From positions 1 through 53,919 of the forward strand of contig JAWXCH010000189.1 of assembly GCA_034440595.1 (NCBI GenBank): a DNA stretch of 53,919 nt. Reading direction: 5' to 3'. Position 1 is the stretch's first letter; each line of letters begins with the position of its first letter. The notes under the pieces are model-generated. The model was not told where the DNA came from and ran no database searches. It saw only the letters and a list, made by a program, of their open reading frames with translations. The DNA is from Planctomycetota bacterium. GTDB taxonomy: Bacteria > Planctomycetota > Planctomycetia > Pirellulales > JALHPA01. Positions 36,453 through 44,880 of the stretch are shown piece by piece. The position numbers and the translations under genes were made by a program.

Positions 36453-38897
36453 GTGAACCAGCGTCTTGCAATTTGTTTTATCACCGCGACGGTGCTGGGA
36501 CTGGATATCTCTAGCAACATTGCGAAGGCTGAAGGCGGTTCGCAACATTCTCTCGAGGAGCTGCAGAGACGGGCAGTTAATGAGCTACAGAGTGCGCTGA
36601 AAAATCAATCCCATGTCGTGAAGCTTGACGCCGCAGAGGCTCTGTTGGCGCTGGGCTATGGGGAAAATCTTCAAACGATATTCGAAAACGAGTTGAAGCA
36701 ATACGGAGATCAACCGCATGTACGTGTGGGTATCTGGCGGGTATTGGCGCAAGCTGAGGCCGATAAGACCCTTCGCGACAAGTATCTAAGCAAGCTTTGC
36801 GAAACTTACCTAGATTCGAACAGTCCGGACGGGACTGATGCTGCCGAATCATTGGCCAAGCTGAAATATGTAATCCCGGTGCCGGATCGACCCCGCTACG
36901 CGAAAGTTGCCCAGAGCGCGGTTGGCCGCGAGGCTCCGTACTATCGCTGGTTGATGGCAGTGTCAGGCTCCGAACAAGACGTACAGTTCCTGGCCGAATT
37001 GCTCGACGCACCTGATGCAAACGTACGCCGTCTCACGGCCAATGCGCTACGGTATCTGTCCGACAAGCTGCCACCTGCCCTCGTAGCTAAATTGGCAAAA
37101 ACCGCGAGTGGCGAACCGGAATCTGCACACCGCGTGTACTTGGTTAGTGCGGCTTATGTCACGGCCCGCGATCGCAATCAATTAGGGAGATTCAAAGAGC
37201 TTCTCCTCACTTATGCGCAAAACGGCAACGAGGATGAAAAACGCGAGGCCGCCGTAGCTTTTGGTGTTCGGGGTTCAAACGACGAATGCCCGCAGTTGAT
37301 TGAGTTATTGAACAATCAAGAAGTTGATGTGCGGGTCAGCGCTGCGAACGCGCTGCTACGAATCGAGCGGCGTCTTCCGCTCCCGTTCGCGGTGTTGGAT
37401 TGGATGGTGTTGGCCGGCTATGGACTCGGTATGTTGGCAATCGGTTGGTACTTTGCTCGACGCACCGACAACACGGACGACTATTTATTAGCTGGTCGTA
37501 CGATGAAACCGTGGGCAGTTGGTTTGTCGTATTTTGCCGGGATGTTCAGTACCATCACTTACTTGGCCATGCCCGGTGAAATGATTCGACATGGTCCGAT
37601 GATTCTTAGCACCATCCTTGCATATCCGCTGGTTTTTGTCGTGGTTGGACGGTTTCTAATTCCTTATATCATGAGATTAAAGGTAACTAGCGCGTACGAA
37701 ATTCTAGAGCAGCGTTTCGGACTGAGCGTTCGCCTGCTAGGGGCAACGTTTTTCCTGGTGCTCCGATTAATCTGGATGGCTTTTATCATCTTTGCGACCT
37801 CAAAACACGTTCTAGCGCCGCTTTTAGGGTTTGACGAGTCGGCGACACCGTGGGTCGCAATCGTATTGGGATTGGTCACGGTCACGTACACCTCGATGGG
37901 CGGTTTGCGGGCGGTGATTTGGACAGATGTAGCACAGACATTCATCCTCATGTTTGGCGCGATTCTTTCGATCGTGTTGATCAGCATCAATCTTGGCGGG
38001 CCGGCAGGTTGGTGGCCAAGTTCGTGGAGCAGCGAATGGGAGGCGCCAAAATTCTGGTTCGATCCAACAGCCCGAGTGACTATGGCGTCGGCGATACTTT
38101 CCACGTTTGTATGGCATATTTGTACAGCAGGCTCCGATCAAATGGCGGTCCAGCGCTACCTCGCCACAAGAGATGCCCGTTCCGCACGCCGAATGTTTGG
38201 CATCTCGCTCTGCTGTGATATGCTTGTAGTGACGTTGTTGGCGGCGCTCGGGCTGGCATTGTTTTCTTATTTCCAGATACATCCACAGATGTTGCCTGAT
38301 GGCCAGACCGTTGTAAGCGGCGCAGACCAGCTCTTACCGCGGTACATCGTCAAGGGGTTGCCGGTCGGGATCAGCGGACTGATCGTAGCCGGTTTGCTTG
38401 CGGCGGCGATGTCGAGCCTTTCTTCCGGATTAAATTCGACGTGTTCGGTGATTATGGTTGATTGGATCGATCGATTCCGAAGAACAAGGAGTAGAGAGAG
38501 AGATCAGGTACGCATAGCAAGAGTAGTTTCGTGGATTATCGGAGCCTTTGTTGTATCCCTCAGTCTCGCTTCGAGTTTGGTCCGCGGCAATTTGTTGGAA
38601 GCCGCTAATCGGCTGGTAAATCTGCTGACCGCTCCCATGTTCGTGTTATTCTTTATGGCCATGTTCGTCCGATGGGCGACGCCGTTCGGCACTTGGGCCG
38701 CAGGATTATCGAGCTTGGCCGCGGCCGCCGTTATTGCGTATACCGATCTGACGCCACTGAGCTTTCTTTGGATTATGCCCGGTTCACTTGCCGTCGGAAT
38801 TGTAGTTGGTTGCCTTGTCAGTTTGCTTCCAGTCACGAAGCGCCGTCCCATGCTTGAAGTCAGTAAGGACCCGGGACCATTTGCGCTCCCGAAATAA
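36453..38897 (+). CDS. Fusion protein: signal peptide + HEAT/ARM-like repeat domain (~310 aa) + sodium:solute symporter (SSS) family permease
   Basis: GTG 36453 gives MNQRLAICFITATVLGLDISSNIAKAEG. HEAT-like repeats are present (NVRRLTANALRYL, DVRVSAANALLRI). From about 37386 there is an SSS core (LLAGRTMKPWAVGLSYFAGMFSTITYLAMPGEM). Confidence 0.8.
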   Translation: MNQRLAICFITATVLGLDISSNIAKAEGGSQHSLEELQRRAVNELQSALKNQSHVVKLDAAEALLALGYGENLQTIFENELKQYGDQPHVRVGIWRVLAQAEADKTLRDKYLSKLCETYLDSNSPDGTDAAESLAKLKYVIPVPDRPRYAKVAQSAVGREAPYYRWLMAVSGSEQDVQFLAELLDAPDANVRRLTANALRYLSDKLPPALVAKLAKTASGEPESAHRVYLVSAAYVTARDRNQLGRFKELLLTYAQNGNEDEKREAAVAFGVRGSNDECPQLIELLNNQEVDVRVSAANALLRIERRLPLPFAVLDWMVLAGYGLGMLAIGWYFARRTDNTDDYLLAGRTMKPWAVGLSYFAGMFSTITYLAMPGEMIRHGPMILSTILAYPLVFVVVGRFLIPYIMRLKVTSAYEILEQRFGLSVRLLGATFFLVLRLIWMAFIIFATSKHVLAPLLGFDESATPWVAIVLGLVTVTYTSMGGLRAVIWTDVAQTFILMFGAILSIVLISINLGGPAGWWPSSWSSEWEAPKFWFDPTARVTMASAILSTFVWHICTAGSDQMAVQRYLATRDARSARRMFGISLCCDMLVVTLLAALGLALFSYFQIHPQMLPDGQTVVSGADQLLPRYIVKGLPVGISGLIVAGLLAAAMSSLSSGLNSTCSVIMVDWIDRFRRTRSRERDQVRIARVVSWIIGAFVVSLSLASSLVRGNLLEAANRLVNLLTAPMFVLFFMAMFVRWATPFGTWAAGLSSLAAAAVIAYTDLTPLSFLWIMPGSLAVGIVVGCLVSLLPVTKRRPMLEVSKDPGPFALPK

Positions 38898-38952
38898 AAG
38901 AAGACGAGCCAACTATACTGGTGCTCGTTTCGGAAATTGCGTCAATGTCCAC

Positions 38953-39921
38953 TTATTGACGCTGCTCAGCTTCGCCAATCGGAAATCGCATATCAAGAAT
39001 GCCTCGCACAGTCCAAGCGTGCTCGAGCAATAGCCGGTCCCAATATCGGCGATCCTGTTCCGTGTAGTTATAGAAACCACGACCATTGCTCGCACCGGCG
39101 CAGTCATTATCAATCATGGCTTGTAAGGTGTCGGGTAGCTGCTCACGGTTATCTAGCGTCGAAAGAACCTTGGCAATGCTCTTGGCATAGGAGGCTGGCC
39201 CGCCCGTGATATCCATCCAGCGAAGCGGACCGCAAATGGTGGCCCACAGACCGAATGCATTGCGATACGCGGTGTCAATCGTTGCGGCATCGGCTACGCC
39301 CATTTCCAGGATGTGCACAGCCTCTCGATACATCGCAAACGCGATGCGGTTGACGATGAACGCCGGAATATCCTTCTCTACGCGGCACGGTTCTTTACCA
39401 AGCAATCTAGCCAACTCGGCAACCCGATTAAAGACGTTGTCGTCCGTAGCTTCCCCCCGAATCAGTTCGCAAAAGCGGGTAACGTGCGCCGGCTCGGCCC
39501 AATGCATTCCTACAAAACGATGTGGATGTTTGCGATCCCTTTGAAGCGTCGTAATTGGGATCGCGGAAGTATTCGTCGCGATAGGCACTTCCTTCCCGAC
39601 GACCGATTCGATCGAGTCAAAAACGCCCCGCTTGACCGCCTGATCTTCCGCGACAGTCTCGATTACAAAGTCGCAGGGACGGAAATGCTCGAGCTGCGTG
39701 ACCGCCGTGTAGTTGTCTCGCCATTTCCCAACGACTGATTTGGAGAATCCCGCATGCTCAATAAGCTCACTAATCGCTTTTTCGATGTACGCATCCGAAC
39801 TCACGTGGGTTTCCTCGCTGCGCGTGAACGCGATTACCTGGTGTCCGTGCCCAAGACAACAGGCCGCTATTCCGCGTCCCAACAAACCAAGTCCAGCAAC
39901 ACCAATCGTTTGTGGTTTCAT
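38953..39921 (-). CDS. 3-hydroxyacyl-CoA dehydrogenase-family NAD-dependent dehydrogenase
   Basis: IGVAGLGLLGRGIAACCL Rossmann start and a 3HCDH N+C domain pattern (NTSAIPIT, GMHWAEPAHV). Length is 322 aa. It converges on the symporter gene. Confidence 0.8.
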   Translation of the reverse strand: MKPQTIGVAGLGLLGRGIAACCLGHGHQVIAFTRSEETHVSSDAYIEKAISELIEHAGFSKSVVGKWRDNYTAVTQLEHFRPCDFVIETVAEDQAVKRGVFDSIESVVGKEVPIATNTSAIPITTLQRDRKHPHRFVGMHWAEPAHVTRFCELIRGEATDDNVFNRVAELARLLGKEPCRVEKDIPAFIVNRIAFAMYREAVHILEMGVADAATIDTAYRNAFGLWATICGPLRWMDITGGPASYAKSIAKVLSTLDNREQLPDTLQAMIDNDCAGASNGRGFYNYTEQDRRYWDRLLLEHAWTVRGILDMRFPIGEAEQRQ

Positions 39922-40339
39922 GGCGAGAACGTACTATTGGCTAAAAGGTCCGTGGCGTTCCTGCACCCAAAGATGGGCGGGTAAAAACCGATCGCCCACA
40001 CTCCTTAGCAGCGTGCGCGCCGTGGGGCTATCGGATCAAATAATATCATTCCGCCTGTAAAGAGAGTAGCTGTCTCTTCCGCTCGCCACGGAGTTCTCAA
40101 AAGGTCGGATCGGTTTCCCAAATCGATCGACGACCGATCCCGTAATCGCGATTTTTAATTGATCATGCGCGCCCGGGCACATAGGGACATATTTTGACCG
40201 CACGGCCACAATGGCTAACGAGCCCGTAGAATGAGACCCGCGTCTGCTTTGAAATTCAGCGCGTTCATCCGGCCGGTTTTCTCCCCCAGCATGGCGTGAG
40301 GTTCCGAAGAGTCAACATCCCATTAAAAAGGATACTTTC

Positions 40340-41779
40340 ATGAGCGTCGTTCGCGTCAACTTCATTCTGCTTGTGTGTTGTTTGTTCTCTGCCGCCGATT
40401 TGGATCGGCGAGCATTGGCGGCTGACGATCTCGCGCCGAGCATGAGGGATTGTATTGGATCGGCTATGAGCAGACACCTGCTATTAGATTCGCGCGTCGT
40501 GGACCAAATCGAAAACGCGACCCTGATAATCGGCACCGTGAAGAAGGCGCCGGCAAATCCGCTGTTTCGCGAAGACAAGCCCTGGGAACCACGTTACGAC
40601 AATATGTATCCCAGCGTGATCTACGATAGTGACGAGGGTCTCTATAAATGTTGGTATACGCCATTTGTCACGAGCCAACTGGAGGAAAACACGCCACGAA
40701 ATGAGCGCGAGTCGGTCAAATGGACCGTTTCCCAACGCAGATTTGGACTGTGCTACGCTGTATCGCCAGATGGTCTGGAATGGAAAAAACCAGACCTTGG
40801 ACTGGTTGAACTTCATGGATCCAAAAGAAACAATCTTGTGATGTTTGACGTGCATGGACCGGATGTGATCAAGGACATGCGCGAAACGGACCCATCCCGA
40901 CGGTACAAGATGTTTGGCACCCTGGGTGACGGACCTCACATGGTCTGGTTTTCGCCCGACGGGCTACATTGGAGTGATCCAATAAGATTGAACCTTGGTG
41001 GTCGAAGCGACACACACAACAACGTGCTATGGTCACCTGAGAGACGTGAATTCGTAGGTTTTACGAGGCATGGCGCCACCCCAAGGAATGTCGCACGTAC
41101 GAGCTCCCGCGACTTCGTACATTGGTCCAAAGTGCGAGAAATTCTGACACCAGAGCCAGACCAACCCGAGCTGCACGACATGGTGGTGTTCGCCTATTCC
41201 GGCGTATATCTAGGGCTGATTGGGGTGTTCGACGTGGCAGAGGGTCGCCAATGGGTTGAGTTGGCTTGGAGTCCCGATACAGTGCGCTGGCACCGCATCC
41301 AACCCGGTAAATCATTGATCCCCAACGGCAGCAAAAACGGAGTTTACGACTGGGGCTGTATCTTTGCCACGCGTCCTATTGTGCAGAAAAATGAAACTCG
41401 CATCTACTACGCGGGATGCAACGGCAAGTTCTTTGATTGGCGCGATGGGTCCTTGTGTATGGCGACGCTTCCGAAGGATCGTTGGGCCGGTTACGGTTGC
41501 TCTGACGATCGTAAAGGTACGATTTTGACGCAACCACTTACGTGCTCTGCGAGCAAGCTGCTAGTGACAGCAGATGCCAAGGGCGGGGCGGTTGAAATAG
41601 ACGTTTTGGACGAGGCGGGGAACTGGCTGAGTCATTCCGAGCCACTTTGTGGCGATGTGACGGACGCACAGATTTACTGGACGGATGCCGCGGCAGTGAA
41701 GTCGGCCGTCGGCAAGCGCGTTCGCCTGCGCCTGAGAGTTGACCGAGCAATTGTGTATTCCTTTGCCTTCGTCGACTGA
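40340..41779 (+). CDS. Secreted beta-propeller + beta-sandwich glycosidase-like protein (paralogue B2)
   Basis: Sec signal peptide (VNFILLVCCLFSAADL). SRHLLLDSRVV...DKPWE...YPSVIYD...YKCWYTPF, SPDGLEWKKP, SPDGLHWSDP, AWSPDTVRWHRI, ATLPKDRWAGY and VRLRLRVDRAIVYSFAF. Confidence 0.8.
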   Translation: MSVVRVNFILLVCCLFSAADLDRRALAADDLAPSMRDCIGSAMSRHLLLDSRVVDQIENATLIIGTVKKAPANPLFREDKPWEPRYDNMYPSVIYDSDEGLYKCWYTPFVTSQLEENTPRNERESVKWTVSQRRFGLCYAVSPDGLEWKKPDLGLVELHGSKRNNLVMFDVHGPDVIKDMRETDPSRRYKMFGTLGDGPHMVWFSPDGLHWSDPIRLNLGGRSDTHNNVLWSPERREFVGFTRHGATPRNVARTSSRDFVHWSKVREILTPEPDQPELHDMVVFAYSGVYLGLIGVFDVAEGRQWVELAWSPDTVRWHRIQPGKSLIPNGSKNGVYDWGCIFATRPIVQKNETRIYYAGCNGKFFDWRDGSLCMATLPKDRWAGYGCSDDRKGTILTQPLTCSASKLLVTADAKGGAVEIDVLDEAGNWLSHSEPLCGDVTDAQIYWTDAAAVKSAVGKRVRLRLRVDRAIVYSFAFVD

Positions 41780-41899
41780 TCGGCGTTTAATTTCGTCCAA
41801 GCTCCGATATCCGCCAAAGTAGTGATTCCGTTGGTGCTCGCCGGTGCCTGAATGAAGTTGGTCGCAACATCTTTTAATCTGCGCATGCGATTAAGGCGA

Positions 41900-43234
41900 C
41901 TACCCAGCGGCGTCGACATTTCTCCCGAGCTTACTGTCCCGATAACTTCGGGGAGAGCTTCCGGTAATACGCGTGAACACTTTATTCAGGCGGTCAGCGC
42001 TGGCAAATCCACATCTATGTCCGATATCCTTTAAGGCAAGAAAAGGCGTCTGCAGCAACAAATCCTTGGCCCACTTTACTCGAATAGCTGCGATATAATC
42101 TTGGGTTGTAATCCCGAAGTGCTCATGAAACAAAAATGACAACCACCGGCGCGACACGCCCAGCGTCCGCGCAACATCGGCGACATTTATCTGAAAGTAA
42201 AAGTTAGAATGGATGTAATCGACGGCCTTTTGCAGAGTTGGATCATTCACAGCAACTGTGTCTGTTGAGCCCCGCACAGTTATCCGGTCTGGCTTAATAA
42301 GAAGGCACTCGGTATTTTTTGACTGATTTTCCAACAGCTTGTTGAGTAGTTCAGCAGCACGGTACCCAACCTGATGACTGTTCGGCCGCACACTTGTAAG
42401 CGGTGGACTGCACGAGCTACATATGGCCGTATTGTCGTCCACACCGACGATTGCAATTTCGTAGGGCACCGCAATTCCCAATCGTCGACAGCTTTCGATC
42501 GCGGCCCAAGCGCGAAAATCGTGGGTGGCCATCAGACCGCACGGGCGTGGCAATCGAAGCAGCCATTCGTCAAACTCACTGCATTGCCACTGCGATGTTG
42601 ACACGGCGCGGCTGCAGATCGGAGATTCAAATACGAAGCATTTCGCGCCAGACGCTTCGATGACTTCGCAAAACCCGGCGCACCGTTCCTGCGAGTACCA
42701 CATGTGCTCCAATCCGTAAAATGCAAAATGGCGTAGGCCTCGGGACTTTAAATGCACGGCGGCCATCTGCCCTAATTTCCGATTGTCGTTCATGACCGAC
42801 GGCAGACCAAACCCTTTAAGCGTGTCTGCCACGTTGATCACGGGACATCCCCAGGATTTTGCCCGGCGCATTTGGTCTTCAGTTTCGATCATTGCGATCG
42901 CCCCGTCGCAATCCGACACATCGTCAAGCGGAAACGCATAGGCTTCCAAATTCAGAGCAAATCTCCAATTGCAATGTGACTTCGCATAGTCAACCACGCC
43001 ATGGACAATGCCCTCGACGTGTGGCACAGCCACGTGGACTGCCAGGGCGATGGTCTTTGCCGATTTTTTGAGACCACAGTGAAATGCGCGGTCCCCGGGG
43101 ATCGGGGGATCATTAAAGGCTGGGCGCGTGACGTCCAATTGGGCGTACAACGGCGGGCGCTTTTCATTGACGCTCATGTCAAAATTCGATGGTATGGGCG
43201 TCAGGTTAATTAGGTCGAAACGTGATTGCTCCAT
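41900..43234 (-). CDS. XylR-type regulator: periplasmic-binding-protein-like sugar-sensor domain + AraC-family HTH
   Basis: C-terminal AraC HTH (VARTLGVSRRWLSFLFHEHFGITTQDYIAAIRVKWAKDLL...GFASADRLNKVFTRITGSSPRSYR) after a LacI/PBP1-like domain. Candidate starts are 43234 or 43177, and the ORF is open to 43315. Confidence 0.8.
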   Translation of the reverse strand: MEQSRFDLINLTPIPSNFDMSVNEKRPPLYAQLDVTRPAFNDPPIPGDRAFHCGLKKSAKTIALAVHVAVPHVEGIVHGVVDYAKSHCNWRFALNLEAYAFPLDDVSDCDGAIAMIETEDQMRRAKSWGCPVINVADTLKGFGLPSVMNDNRKLGQMAAVHLKSRGLRHFAFYGLEHMWYSQERCAGFCEVIEASGAKCFVFESPICSRAVSTSQWQCSEFDEWLLRLPRPCGLMATHDFRAWAAIESCRRLGIAVPYEIAIVGVDDNTAICSSCSPPLTSVRPNSHQVGYRAAELLNKLLENQSKNTECLLIKPDRITVRGSTDTVAVNDPTLQKAVDYIHSNFYFQINVADVARTLGVSRRWLSFLFHEHFGITTQDYIAAIRVKWAKDLLLQTPFLALKDIGHRCGFASADRLNKVFTRITGSSPRSYRDSKLGRNVDAAG

Positions 43235-43502
43235 GTAAAACACACATCTTTGGCCGCAACGTTCTCGCGCGTATAGCCGCATGAAGACCGAAACTCCACG
43301 ACTTACAACTACCAATGTTGCCCTGCAGTGTTAGCGCATTTGTCCTGTTTTCAAAGGATGGCTGAATTAGCCTGTTCTCAAATAAAATCCATAAATCAAC
43401 CTTGCCCACTCATCCTTTGCTTTTATCTTTTTCGTTTTTATATGGATCGAGAAAAAGACGGCGCAATTTTTTAAACCTGCCAGCGCTTCGTCGCGATGTG
43501 CT

Positions 43503-44597
43503 TTAAACATTTGCCAAAGCCGCACCTTCGCGCAATTCGATCGGAATTAATTCACAATCCGGAATTGGCTTGATTCCCTGCGATTGCAGTATCAAGAAGT
43601 TGCCAATATGTTGCCCTGTGATCTCAGGGCTCATCGCCGGCATTATGAAATGAAATGGCAATGTTGGCCGTGCATCTGCTTGATACACGTCTAGCAGAAC
43701 TATGCCGGCGTCCGTACCCAAATTCAACCCACCGGCAGCGATTGCTTCCAAAGCTCCATCGGCTAGGGGCCGCGACCGACAGATAAAACCTTGGCCATGC
43801 TTATTGTCTTTTAGCAAATCCGTAACTGCGTATCGCACAGCTTCCGTATCCGACGGCAACGATCGCCAAGCAATGTGACAAATCGGTAATTGAAGTGCGC
43901 TCATTTCATCTCGCACGCCGTCAAGCATTCGGTAGTCACCAGGCATAGGTTTCTCGCGGGTAAGCACCGTTAGTCGTCGAAAACCCTGACGGATAAGCCT
44001 CGCCGCAGCAAGTCTGCCGGCATGGTAGTGGTCACGATCGATCCAAGGCACCGATGTAATTGACGGAAACGGCGTTCCGTAAATCACTGCCGGCAGTCCG
44101 CTGGATTGCACGATACGCTGTACTTGCAATGGAGCTCGAACGAGAACAAGTCCTTGAACTCTGGGCGAGTTCAGCACCTCAGAAATGATGCGATTCGTGT
44201 ACGGACTCTCATCGTCTGTAGGTAAGAAATTGAACTGAATGTCGGTATGCGGCAGTTTTTCTTGAATTCCCAGGATCACGCCATCGGCGAGTACACCCTC
44301 GGATTTCAGGAAGTTCTTATGGACAAGCAGATGCACTCGTTCAATGGAAGTCGCATTGGAACCGTCTTTGCGGTCGGCGATGAAGGTTCCGCTTCGCTGT
44401 CGGCGGCTGAGAATGTCGCGCTTAACCAACAGCTGCAGCGCCCGATTGGCCGCCACCGTACTTACGCCTAACAATCGCGCCGCGTTGGCTGTCGAAAGGT
44501 ATGGATCGCCTGACACCAGCCGTTTGTCCAGAATATCCCTTTCCAGGGAAGATGCTAATTCGACAATTTTCGGCGTTTTTTGAGATGAGGTAGTCAT
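43503..44597 (-). CDS. GntR-type winged-HTH + PBP/LacI-like ligand-binding domain regulator (AraR-like architecture)
   Basis: N-terminal LSTANAARLLGVSTVAANRALQLLVKRDILSRRQRSGTFI followed by a ~280-aa alternating alpha/beta sugar-binding-like domain. Divergent from the gene at 44881. Confidence 0.8.
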   Translation of the reverse strand: MTTSSQKTPKIVELASSLERDILDKRLVSGDPYLSTANAARLLGVSTVAANRALQLLVKRDILSRRQRSGTFIADRKDGSNATSIERVHLLVHKNFLKSEGVLADGVILGIQEKLPHTDIQFNFLPTDDESPYTNRIISEVLNSPRVQGLVLVRAPLQVQRIVQSSGLPAVIYGTPFPSITSVPWIDRDHYHAGRLAAARLIRQGFRRLTVLTREKPMPGDYRMLDGVRDEMSALQLPICHIAWRSLPSDTEAVRYAVTDLLKDNKHGQGFICRSRPLADGALEAIAAGGLNLGTDAGIVLLDVYQADARPTLPFHFIMPAMSPEITGQHIGNFLILQSQGIKPIPDCELIPIELREGAALANV

Positions 44598-44880
44598 GCA
44601 GAATTCGAATATAGCCCGTTAAACTTTTTATAGCAACAGAATTATTAAATGGTAGTTGAAAAATTTTTCCCTGCTTGGTAATATTTGTGCATCGCTGGAA
44701 GGCGATTTTCACGGTCGAAATCTCTAGCCCGTGCCAAAGATTTTTAACAACCAGTAACCTACTGCCGGGCAGGATGCGGGCCCCTCCCAATTCCTCGAGC
44801 CGCCAAAGCAACGCAAGGCGCTCGCAGATGTGGCACTTTGTGAGAGACACGAATCGACACTTCTGAAGGACCCGCACGTA

